Positions 1 to 6,855 of a stretch of DNA of 29,332 nucleotides are shown piece after piece. Source of the DNA: an uncultured Pseudomonadales bacterium (GTDB taxonomy: Bacteria > Patescibacteriota > Microgenomatia > UBA1400 > CAYNFZ01); contig CAYNFZ010000002.1 in assembly GCA_964396725.1 (NCBI GenBank), positions 1 through 29,332 of the forward strand, read 5' to 3'. The notes under the pieces were generated by a model. The model saw only the letters and a list, made by a program, of their open reading frames with translations, was not told the DNA's origin and searched no databases. Positions within the stretch are counted from its first letter, which is position 1. Each line of letters begins with the position of its first letter. The translations under genes were made by a program, and so were the position numbers.

Positions 1-2
1 AT

Positions 3-440
3 TTAGGCCTGTTTTTTGGCGGCAGGCTTGAGACGAGAGAAGTCTTGTTCTAAGTATTTTTTAAGTTTGGTGAGTTGTTTGGTGGGGAGTTTTTTGTCTT
101 TTTTAATTTGAGATACGGCTTTGGTTACAGCTTTTTGATATTTGGCTTTGTCGATGTCGGCAATGGTACCTTTGAGATCAGTGAGGTTGGAGATTAAATG
201 ATCTTTGGCCTCTTGATATGTGGATTGGGCTTTGGTGGTGTGTTTGCCGAAAATGGCTTTGATTTTTTCTCGTTCTTCTGGGTCGGTAAGTAGGTCTTTG
301 AGTTGTTCAGCCTGGGAAGTGAGTGCCTTTTTGTGTTGCCTTCTAGTTTTGTCGGGAACAAAGAGACTGACAAGGTAGCCAATAATGGCACCGAGGAGGA
401 CGGCGACACCAAAAAATGAACCTGATTTTTTTGTGGACAT
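3..440 (-). CDS. YtxH-like (general stress / gas-vesicle-like) protein
   Basis: Complete 145-aa ORF. An N-terminal Gly-rich hydrophobic helix (FFGVAVLLGAIIGYLVSLFVP) followed by a Lys-rich helical region is the YtxH-domain pattern. Confidence 0.6.
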   Translation of the reverse strand: MSTKKSGSFFGVAVLLGAIIGYLVSLFVPDKTRRQHKKALTSQAEQLKDLLTDPEEREKIKAIFGKHTTKAQSTYQEAKDHLISNLTDLKGTIADIDKAKYQKAVTKAVSQIKKDKKLPTKQLTKLKKYLEQDFSRLKPAAKKQA

Positions 441-470
441 GGGATTGTTTGATATTTAGTAAGTGAAGTG

Positions 471-499
471 ATTATATAAGATTTGATTTAGATTGATAA
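471..499 (-). promoter_or_regulatory. Putative sigma70 promoter for the YtxH-like gene
   Basis: Minus strand TTATCA (499-494), 17-nt spacer, TATAAT (476-471). Confidence 0.4.
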
Positions 500-538
500 G
501 TAGCTCTTAAAATATAAATGGAAGAGAAAAATGGGAAG

Positions 539-649
539 TTAGGAGAAGAACTGGGAAGAAATTCTGGAGAGGATGATAACTGTGGCTAAGATGGTGAGAA
601 GGGTAAAGAGAGTAAATTCGAACCAGGAAAAGGAATTTTTTTTTGTCAT
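539..649 (-). CDS. 36-aa small membrane peptide with a class III (prepilin-like) signal pattern; not in the ORF track
   Basis: Hand-translated as MTKKNSFSWFEFTLFTLLTILATVIILSRISSQFFS*. The ATG lies 2 nt after the gltX TGA. Basic N-terminus, S|F-x-x-x-E, then a hydrophobic helix. Confidence 0.45.
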   Translation of the reverse strand: MTKKNSFSWFEFTLFTLLTILATVIILSRISSQFFS

Positions 650-651
650 GA

Positions 652-2094
652 TCACTCGACTAGGTTGACGGTACTAGATAAGGCTTGTTGGAGGCGGGTG
701 AGGGTAGTGGTCTTGCCTAGGAAAGTTAAGGTTTCAAATAAGGGTGGAGTTGTAGCTTTTCCGGTGACGCTAAGACGGATCATCATGAAGTATTGGCTTT
801 TGTGCCAGTTTTTTTGTTCTTGAAGCTGGCGTATGGCGGATTCGATGTGGGGAGAGGTCCAGGAAGAAAGTGATTTTAAGGATTTGATGGTGGTTTCGAG
901 TTGGTGATGAACTTCGGGAGCGGTGGATTTTTTGAGAAGGAGGTCTGGATGTGGAAGTTGATAATCGGAGATGAAGCTGGTGAGATGGGTAAAATCTGAG
1001 AGTTTGGTGAGACGATCTTGGATAAGAGGGACGACTTGGGAGAGTTTGTGGGAAGGGAATCCAGAAGGAAGATAAGGTTTGAGGCGTTGAGTAAGTTCTT
1101 TAGGGGAGAGCTTTCTAATGTACTGGCCGTTGTACCAGTCGAGTTTGTCGAGATCGACGACGGGTCCCTGGATGTGCATGTCTTTCCAATCGAAGTGGTG
1201 GATTAATTCTTGAAGGGAGAAGATCTCTTGACCTTTGGGGTGGTTCCAAACTCTGGTGGCTAAAAAGTTGAGAGTGGCTTCGGGTATGTAACCTTGGTCA
1301 CGGTACCAAGAGACAGAAGCATGGCCGTGGCGTTTGGAGAGCTTGGAATGGTCGGGATTACGAAGAAGGGGAGTGTGGATGAACTGGGGTAGTTTCCAGC
1401 CAAAGAAACGATAGAGGAGGATGTGTTTAGGGGTGGAACTGATCCATTCTTCGCCGCGGACAACGTGGCTGATGTTCATTAGGTGATCGTCGACAACGAC
1501 GGCTAAGTGGTAGGTGGGAAAGCCGTCGGATTTGAGGACAACTTGATCGTCGACGGTGTTACTGTCGAAATTGATCTGACCACGAATGAGATCAGTGAAG
1601 GTGATGGTTTGATTGGAGGGGACATGGAGACGGACGACATGTGGTTGGGTTTGGGCTCGGAGGGCAGATTCTTTGGGGTCGAGGTGGAGGCAGTGTTGGT
1701 CATACATGGGAGGTTTGCCGACTTGTTGCATTTCTTGTCTGACTTGGGTTAATCGTTCGGGGGAGCAGAAGCAGTAATAGGCATGGCCTTGGTCGATGAG
1801 GGTTTGGGCGTGTTGCTGGTAAATTTCGAGGCGCTGGGATTGGCGATAAGGACCAAAGTCGCCACCGTAGACAGGACCTTCGTCGGGAGTGAGCTGGAAC
1901 CATTCTAATGCTTGGTAGATAGCAGATTCGGCATCTGCAACAAGGCGAGTTTGGTCGGTGTCTTCGATACGGATAAGGAATTGTCCCGAATGTTTATGAG
2001 CGAAGACATAGTCAAAGAGAGCTTGGAAGACGGTGCCGATATGAGGCATGCCGGTGGGCGAAGGGGCGATACGAGTGCGAATTGTGGAGGACAT
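652..2094 (-). CDS. gltX: Glutamate--tRNA ligase
   Basis: RTRIAPSPTG, HIGT (HIGH motif), LRIEDTD-like segment, CFCS, VVDDHLMNISHVVRGEEW, KLSKR (KMSKS motif) and a C-terminal anticodon domain (SPPLFE-like TPPLFE). Confidence 0.98.
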   Translation of the reverse strand: MSSTIRTRIAPSPTGMPHIGTVFQALFDYVFAHKHSGQFLIRIEDTDQTRLVADAESAIYQALEWFQLTPDEGPVYGGDFGPYRQSQRLEIYQQHAQTLIDQGHAYYCFCSPERLTQVRQEMQQVGKPPMYDQHCLHLDPKESALRAQTQPHVVRLHVPSNQTITFTDLIRGQINFDSNTVDDQVVLKSDGFPTYHLAVVVDDHLMNISHVVRGEEWISSTPKHILLYRFFGWKLPQFIHTPLLRNPDHSKLSKRHGHASVSWYRDQGYIPEATLNFLATRVWNHPKGQEIFSLQELIHHFDWKDMHIQGPVVDLDKLDWYNGQYIRKLSPKELTQRLKPYLPSGFPSHKLSQVVPLIQDRLTKLSDFTHLTSFISDYQLPHPDLLLKKSTAPEVHHQLETTIKSLKSLSSWTSPHIESAIRQLQEQKNWHKSQYFMMIRLSVTGKATTPPLFETLTFLGKTTTLTRLQQALSSTVNLVE

Positions 2095-2300
2095 GGAGAG
2101 GGTGAATTTAATTTGTTCTAGCTTGCTTGGTATAGATAATTTGAATTGGCGCTGGATATGAAAATCCGGCTGGGTAAATTACGTTTGCTACATGATTGCG
2201 GATGGCGATGATAAATTTTAAGGGCGATGTTGTCCCGCTACCAAATCTTGGATTTGCGGAGCTTGCGCAGTAACAGAAACTTGAGTATTTTGTTAGAGAC

Positions 2301-2369
2301 TTATTGGTTGTATTTTCGTGTTTCTAGACGGGGTTGCGGAATGATATTAAAAATATTAATGGTTGTCAT
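2301..2369 (-). CDS. Possible leaderless 22-aa uORF at the start of the gltX transcript
   Basis: MTTINIFNIIPQPRLETRKYNQ*. The ATG is 7 nt after a -10 hexamer, i.e. at the expected TSS. Could be chance. Confidence 0.3.
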   Translation of the reverse strand: MTTINIFNIIPQPRLETRKYNQ

Positions 2370-2372
2370 CCC

Positions 2373-2402
2373 TTGCATTCTACCAGGCGTGAAAGATATA
2401 CT
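2373..2402 (+). promoter_or_regulatory. Putative sigma70 promoter, overlapping the divergent one, giving a leaderless mRNA
   Basis: TTGCAT (2373-2378), 18 nt, TATACT (2397-2402), then 6 nt to the ATG at 2409. Confidence 0.55.
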
Positions 2403-2405
2403 CAA
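2377..2405 (-). promoter_or_regulatory. Putative sigma70 promoter pointing toward gltX
   Basis: Minus strand TTGAGT (2405-2400), 17 nt, then TAGAAT (2382-2377) preceded by TGG (extended -10). Confidence 0.6.
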
Positions 2406-2408
2406 CGC

Positions 2409-3524
2409 ATGGCAACGTTGACTGAAGTGGCGCAAGTGGCGAAAAGAGGAGTGCTGGCGAGTGTGGTGTTGGTGGTGAGTTTGGTGGTAGGAAGAATTTT
2501 GTGGACCTATGGATTGTTACTTTATAAAAGTTTGAATCCGCCACCTTGTCCGACGGCTACAGCTCGATTTGGGTTATTGCCACGGATAATATTTCCAGAA
2601 TCAGGAGAAGAGTTGAGTTATCAGTTGGAAACTCCCAATGGAAAGGTGGAAAGTTTTGGTCCAAATGCGAGAGTGTATTTTGTGAGTTCAAAGAGATCGA
2701 ATTTGTTGGCATTGGATCGGGTAAAAAGCCAGGCTCAGGCTTTGGGTTTTTTGCATGAACCGGAGAGGGTGTCGGAAACGGTGTATCGGTGGGATAAAAG
2801 TGACCCATTGCCAGCAAGATTGGAGATGAATATTATCACGGGGAGTTTTCAGATGGATGTGGCTTGGGAGACGGATCCGGGGTTTTTGCAGAATAAGTTG
2901 TTGCCGGATGAAGAGCAAGCGGTGAGAGATGTAAAGACGTTTTTGAAACGACCCGGTTTGTTGAAAGATGATTTGGAAAGTGGGGAGAGTGTAACTACGG
3001 TGTTGGGTTATAAAGGGGGAGAGTTTATTAGAGCAGTGAGTTTGTCGGAGGCGGATTTTGTGATGGTGGATTTGTTCAGGGCGCCTTTGGTGATCGAAAC
3101 GCCTGAAGAAGCGACTCCGGAACAATTGCGGTGTATGGATAAGCAGGGAAGCGGAAAGGTGATACCGGCTGAACCTGGAAAAGGATTGGCACGAGTGTTA
3201 GTGTCTGGGTCACGAGATCAGGGAGAACGATATGTGTCGGCGGAATATAGATACACACAAGTGGAGTATGAACAGTACGAGACTTACCCGATTATTAGTG
3301 GATTGGAGGCTTGGAAGAAATTACAGGCTGGCGAAGGATTTGTGGCGGAGAAACCCAATTCAGGGACGGCGATGGTGAGAAGGGTGGATTTGGGATACTA
3401 TGATGCTTTGGATGGGTCAAATTATTTACAACCGATATATATATTTACGGGAGATGATTTTATGGGATATGTGCCGGCAGTGAAAACGGAGTATTTACAG
3501 CAAGAGGGAAGTGGTGGGAAGTGA
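2409..3524 (+). CDS. Membrane-anchored hypothetical protein (Microgenomates-type)
   Basis: Long ORF. Start reassigned from the track's 2334 to the ATG at 2409 (MATLTEVAQVAKRG...), which follows a -10 box. N-terminal TM helix, Pro-rich linker, C-terminal YLQPIYIF...YVPAV. No catalytic motif recognised. Confidence 0.8.
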   Translation: MATLTEVAQVAKRGVLASVVLVVSLVVGRILWTYGLLLYKSLNPPPCPTATARFGLLPRIIFPESGEELSYQLETPNGKVESFGPNARVYFVSSKRSNLLALDRVKSQAQALGFLHEPERVSETVYRWDKSDPLPARLEMNIITGSFQMDVAWETDPGFLQNKLLPDEEQAVRDVKTFLKRPGLLKDDLESGESVTTVLGYKGGEFIRAVSLSEADFVMVDLFRAPLVIETPEEATPEQLRCMDKQGSGKVIPAEPGKGLARVLVSGSRDQGERYVSAEYRYTQVEYEQYETYPIISGLEAWKKLQAGEGFVAEKPNSGTAMVRRVDLGYYDALDGSNYLQPIYIFTGDDFMGYVPAVKTEYLQQEGSGGK

Positions 3525-4532
3525 AGAGAGGGTGAGGGTGATTTCTTCTGGAATGAGCCAGCGATGATTGGCAAAAGTCCATTCGATCAGTTGAGATGAT
3601 TCTTGGAAGCGATCTTTACTGGCTAAGACTACGGTGATGATTTGGTGGTTATCGCGGGTAGTGCTAGTGATGAGGCATTCGCCGGCATTTTCGGTCCAGC
3701 CGGTTTTGACGCCGTTGACTCCTGTGAGAGAACCAAGGAGTTCGTTGGTGGAAACGAGATGGTGGGTGTAGTGATTATCGAGGCTGTTGAGGGTGATGGA
3801 AGGGGTGGAGACAATGTGAGAGAAGACTGGGTGGGAAAGGGCGTATTGAGTCAGAAGAGCAAGGTTTTTGGCGGTACTGACATGGCCGGGAGATTCGACT
3901 CCAGAGACGTTTTTGAATTGGGTGTTGGTAAGGTGAAGAGTATGAGCTTTCTGGTTCATGGCATCAATAAAGCCTAGGTATCCGTCATGGGGATAGGAAA
4001 GGGCGAGGGCGAGGGCGGCGTCGTTTCCAGAGGCAACCAGAGTACCGTAGAGGAGATCTTCAACGGTAAGTCGTTCGCCGCGGGTGAGTTTCATGGTATG
4101 GCCGATAGTGCGTTCTTCTTCGGTGATAGTGATGACTTGATCTAGAGGGTATGTGTCGAGGGCGACCAAGGCAGTCATAATCTTAGTGGTGGAAGCGGGG
4201 AGAAGTGGTTGGTTGATGTTTTTCTGGAAAAGAATAGTGGATGAGGAGACATCGAACACAATAGCAGAGAGACTGGTTAGCGATGGGGGTTGGATGAGGG
4301 AGTGGTTGATGGGAATGGAAGGTGAAGAAGGCAGAAGGGTGGGAGGAGGGGTTTGAGGAGTGGGGGTAGGTTGGGCGGTTTGGGAGGAAGAGGCTTGATG
4401 GATCATGGTAATGATCAAGATAATAAAGGCGATGAGAAGGTATAGACTCAGACTTAGTTGGAGAAAAGGGAATGGCGAAGTTGGAGACTTGGAAGAGGGT
4501 TTGGACGATGATGTAGTTTTTGTTTGAGCCAT
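3495..4532 (-). CDS. D-alanyl-D-alanine carboxypeptidase (peptidase S11)
   Basis: Penicillin-binding motifs SxxK (ASTTKIMT), SxN (SGNDAA) and KTG (VKTGWTENAG). N-terminal TM anchor and PT-rich linker. The 3' end overlaps the convergent gene by 30 nt. Confidence 0.93.
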   Translation of the reverse strand: MAQTKTTSSSKPSSKSPTSPFPFLQLSLSLYLLIAFIILIITMIHQASSSQTAQPTPTPQTPPPTLLPSSPSIPINHSLIQPPSLTSLSAIVFDVSSSTILFQKNINQPLLPASTTKIMTALVALDTYPLDQVITITEEERTIGHTMKLTRGERLTVEDLLYGTLVASGNDAALALALSYPHDGYLGFIDAMNQKAHTLHLTNTQFKNVSGVESPGHVSTAKNLALLTQYALSHPVFSHIVSTPSITLNSLDNHYTHHLVSTNELLGSLTGVNGVKTGWTENAGECLITSTTRDNHQIITVVLASKDRFQESSQLIEWTFANHRWLIPEEITLTLSSLPTTSLLL

Positions 4533-4582
4533 GACAAAGTTGCTGTTTGGAGGTGTTATTAGTTATAGCATGAGTGAGCGGA

Positions 4583-6418
4583 TTATTTGGAGAAGCTGCC
4601 GGTTTGAGGTTGTTCGGCGCGAAGATAGTCGGAGAGAGACATGGAGATGGTGTGATCGTGTACGCCGGGGTTGAAGTTGATGGTGGTTTGTTGAGTCAAG
4701 GCTTTGTCTATGAAGGTGGGGAGATTAAAAAGAGATCCGAATGGGGGAACGGCTCCGATTTTAACTCCAATTGTTTGTTCGACTTCTTCAGGTGAAGCCA
4801 GGCGGAGGTCGTGAATGTGGTGGAGTTGTTTTAATGCTTTTGTATCGACTTTGGTGGCGGCGGAGACGACCACAAGAATGGGGGATTTATCGGCGATCAT
4901 GACTAAGGCCTTGGCTCCGGTGGCAAGACTAGCGCCACGAACACGAGCGGCTTCCTCAGAGGTATGGACTGGTTGGTGAGAAGTAAGAGAGTAGGGGATG
5001 TTCAAGGAGTCGAGTTTGGATTTGAGTTGATCGAGGACGGAGCCGGAGGATGGGGTTTGATTGAGAGAGATGCCGAGTTCTAAGAGTTGAGCGGGATCGA
5101 GAACTGAGGGTGCATCCATGACGGAGGTACGGCCACGACCTGTTTGGGGAAAAGCTTGGACTTCGCGAATGTATTCTTCTCCTAGATGAGCCATGAGTAA
5201 TCGTTCGAAGCCATGGGCACAACCGCCGTGGGGTGGAGTGCCGAAGGAGAAGGCGTCGAGCATGTGGCCAAATTTTTGGTCGATTTGGCGATCTTGGTAA
5301 CCCATGATTTGGAAGACACTACGGAGAACTTCGGGCTTGTGGGCGCGGATACTGCCACCAGCAACCTCGAGACCGTTGCATACGAGGTCGTATTGGTTGG
5401 TAATAATTTGATCGATGTTTTGTTGGTTGAGGAGCCAATCGAGGTGGTCGTTTATGGGTTGAGAGAAGGGGTTGTGGGTGAAGGTCCAAGATCCGTTTTC
5501 GGTTTTTTCGAAGAACGGAAAATCGATAACCCAAGCGAAAGAAAGAGTGCCGGCTTGTTTTTCTGTTTCGGTTCTCAAGTCGAATTTGTCAGCACCGTAT
5601 TTTTCCATGGCTTGTTGGTAGGTAACGACGGGGAAGGGAGTGGAGGCAATATTGGCATCAATTTGTTGACAAGCATGAATGATCATTTGTTCGATGAGGT
5701 TCATGACATCTTCTCGAGAAACGAAACTCATTTCCAGGTCGATTTGGGTGTGCTCAAAGGCGCGATCGGCACGGGGATCTTCATCTCGTAAACAACGGGC
5801 AACCTGGAAATAGCGTTCGAAACCAGCGGTCATGAGTAATTGTTTGTATTGTTGAGGGCTTTGAGGAAGAGCGAAGAATTTACCGGGTTGAAGTCGACTG
5901 GGGACAACAAAGTCGCGTGAACCCTCGGGGGTAGATTTGGTAAGTATAGGAGTTTCGATTTCGGTGAAATTTTGGGAGAAGAGATATTCACGAGCGGCTT
6001 TGATGTAAGCGGAGCGAAGTTTGATGTTTTTTTGGAGGCGTGGTCGACGTAGATCGAGGTAACGGTGTTTAAGTCTGATTTCTTCGTTAATATCGAGTCC
6101 GTCGGTATCTTTGGGGATGGGGAGGGGGGCTGAGGGGTTAAGGATAGAAAGGTGGGTGGCGACTAACTCAACTGTACCGGTAGCCATGTCAGGGTTGGTC
6201 ATGGACTTGGGGCGCAGGTTGATTTTTCCGATAACTTCGACGACGTCTTCTTGGGAGGCTTTGGTGTCTTTGGTGGTGACAACTTGGAGGATGCCAGAGC
6301 GATCTCTGATGTCGAGAAAAACGATTTTACCGTGATCGCGTCTGGTGTTGACCCAACCTTTGATAGTAACTGACTCGCCTACTTTGGCTGGCGTGTCGGT
6401 GATGAGTGTGCGATTCAT
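4583..6418 (-). CDS. aspS: Aspartate--tRNA ligase (compact) fused to a C-terminal YbaK/ProX (INS-superfamily) domain
   Basis: OB fold (GWVNTRRDHGKIVFLDIRDRSG), LKHRYLDLRR, motif 1, LPQSPQQYKQLLM, motif 2 (CLRDEDPRADR), motif 3 (PPHGGCAHGFERL). The last ~155 aa show H..V.T.EEAA...GAKAL...GAVPPFG...FNPG, the YbaK/ProX pattern. Confidence 0.97.
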   Translation of the reverse strand: MNRTLITDTPAKVGESVTIKGWVNTRRDHGKIVFLDIRDRSGILQVVTTKDTKASQEDVVEVIGKINLRPKSMTNPDMATGTVELVATHLSILNPSAPLPIPKDTDGLDINEEIRLKHRYLDLRRPRLQKNIKLRSAYIKAAREYLFSQNFTEIETPILTKSTPEGSRDFVVPSRLQPGKFFALPQSPQQYKQLLMTAGFERYFQVARCLRDEDPRADRAFEHTQIDLEMSFVSREDVMNLIEQMIIHACQQIDANIASTPFPVVTYQQAMEKYGADKFDLRTETEKQAGTLSFAWVIDFPFFEKTENGSWTFTHNPFSQPINDHLDWLLNQQNIDQIITNQYDLVCNGLEVAGGSIRAHKPEVLRSVFQIMGYQDRQIDQKFGHMLDAFSFGTPPHGGCAHGFERLLMAHLGEEYIREVQAFPQTGRGRTSVMDAPSVLDPAQLLELGISLNQTPSSGSVLDQLKSKLDSLNIPYSLTSHQPVHTSEEAARVRGASLATGAKALVMIADKSPILVVVSAATKVDTKALKQLHHIHDLRLASPEEVEQTIGVKIGAVPPFGSLFNLPTFIDKALTQQTTINFNPGVHDHTISMSLSDYLRAEQPQTGSFSK

Positions 6419-6421
6419 GAT

Positions 6422-6614
6422 GAGCCCTTAATAATTGGTTGATAAACAAAAAGGTGCCACCTGATTGAAGGGTCTCTTGATAATAAGAGACGGTGCCACC
6501 TTGTAATACTTGTTCCTGCTGTGACGGGCTTACCCGGCCTGGTTTGGTGCGATGACTTCTCCCAAGCAGCGTACCTAGATTAAGGTCGTCCAGTGTCAAT
6601 GGACTGATGACGCT
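6422..6614 (-). ncRNA. T-box riboswitch (Asp), ultrashort Stem I, probably translational
   Basis: Antiterminator AAGG-UGGCACC-GUCUCUU(AUUAUC)AAGAGAC-CCUU (6502-6468). Stem IIA CGGG(UAAG)CCCG with an F-box-like CCGUCA. Stem II GCUUGG/CCAGGC. Stem I GUCCA(UUGACAC)UGGAC with GAC at 6597-6595. Directly upstream of aspS. Confidence 0.85.
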
Positions 6615-6629
6615 TTTGTAATTGAAATG

Positions 6630-6658
6630 ATTTTATCCAGACTAGGCTTTGTGGTCAA
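6630..6658 (-). promoter_or_regulatory. sigma70 promoter for the T-box/aspS transcript
   Basis: Minus strand TTGACC (6658-6653), 17 nt, TAAAAT (6635-6630). The predicted TSS falls about 10 nt before T-box Stem I. Confidence 0.75.
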
Positions 6659-6676
6659 GGTGAGATAAATGTGGAT

Positions 6677-6705
6677 TTGACAGATCCATGTTAGCTGGTT
6701 ACAAT
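6677..6705 (+). promoter_or_regulatory. sigma70 promoter for the leader/orphan transcript
   Basis: TTGACA (6677-6682), 17 nt, TACAAT (6700-6705); near consensus. Confidence 0.8.
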
Positions 6706-6728
6706 GAGGGGCGGAAATTGAGGAAGCT

Positions 6729-6803
6729 ATGAATAATTGGCACTACACCATGATTAACCTTTCGCTTCAAGTCGGAAATGACTTGAGGAGGTTGGTGGTG
6801 TAA
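6729..6803 (+). CDS. Putative attenuator leader peptide, 24 aa
   Basis: MNNWHYTMINLSLQVGNDLRRLVV*, with a GAGGA SD at 6720-6724. It overlaps mutually exclusive hairpins. Confidence 0.6.
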   Translation: MNNWHYTMINLSLQVGNDLRRLVV

Positions 6804-6827
6804 AAGCGCCCCAGAAAGCAAGAAGCC

Positions 6828-6855
6828 AACCTCCTAAGCAAGCGGAGGTTTTTTT
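6828..6855 (+). terminator. Intrinsic terminator (attenuator) before the orphan gene
   Basis: AACCUCC (6828-6834) pairs with GGAGGUU (6844-6850); run of 7 T at 6849-6855. It lies between the promoter and the CDS. Confidence 0.85.

Noticed and set aside
612-630. GGTTCGAAT resembling a tRNA T-loop
   Set aside because: The flanks do not form a T-stem and there is no acceptor, D or anticodon arm.
652-2094. Assigning GltX as discriminating or non-discriminating from the Arg in LIQDRL
   Set aside because: A single residue aligned by eye is not a reliable determinant. It needs the genome's glnS/gatCAB inventory.
2237-2243. UGGUAGC as a T-box bulge upstream of gltX
   Set aside because: The flanking bases cannot form the lower (A1) helix, and I found no Stem I/II with a Glu codon.
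6453-6501. 10-bp direct repeat GGTGCCACCT as a CRISPR repeat or IS target duplication
   Set aside because: Only two short copies, no cas or transposase genes nearby, and it is the T-box consensus itself.
6327-6599. 90-aa minus-strand ORF in the track (MTLDDLNLG...)
   Set aside because: TTG start, overlaps aspS out of frame, and lies on top of the T-box. The RNA structure explains the sequence better.
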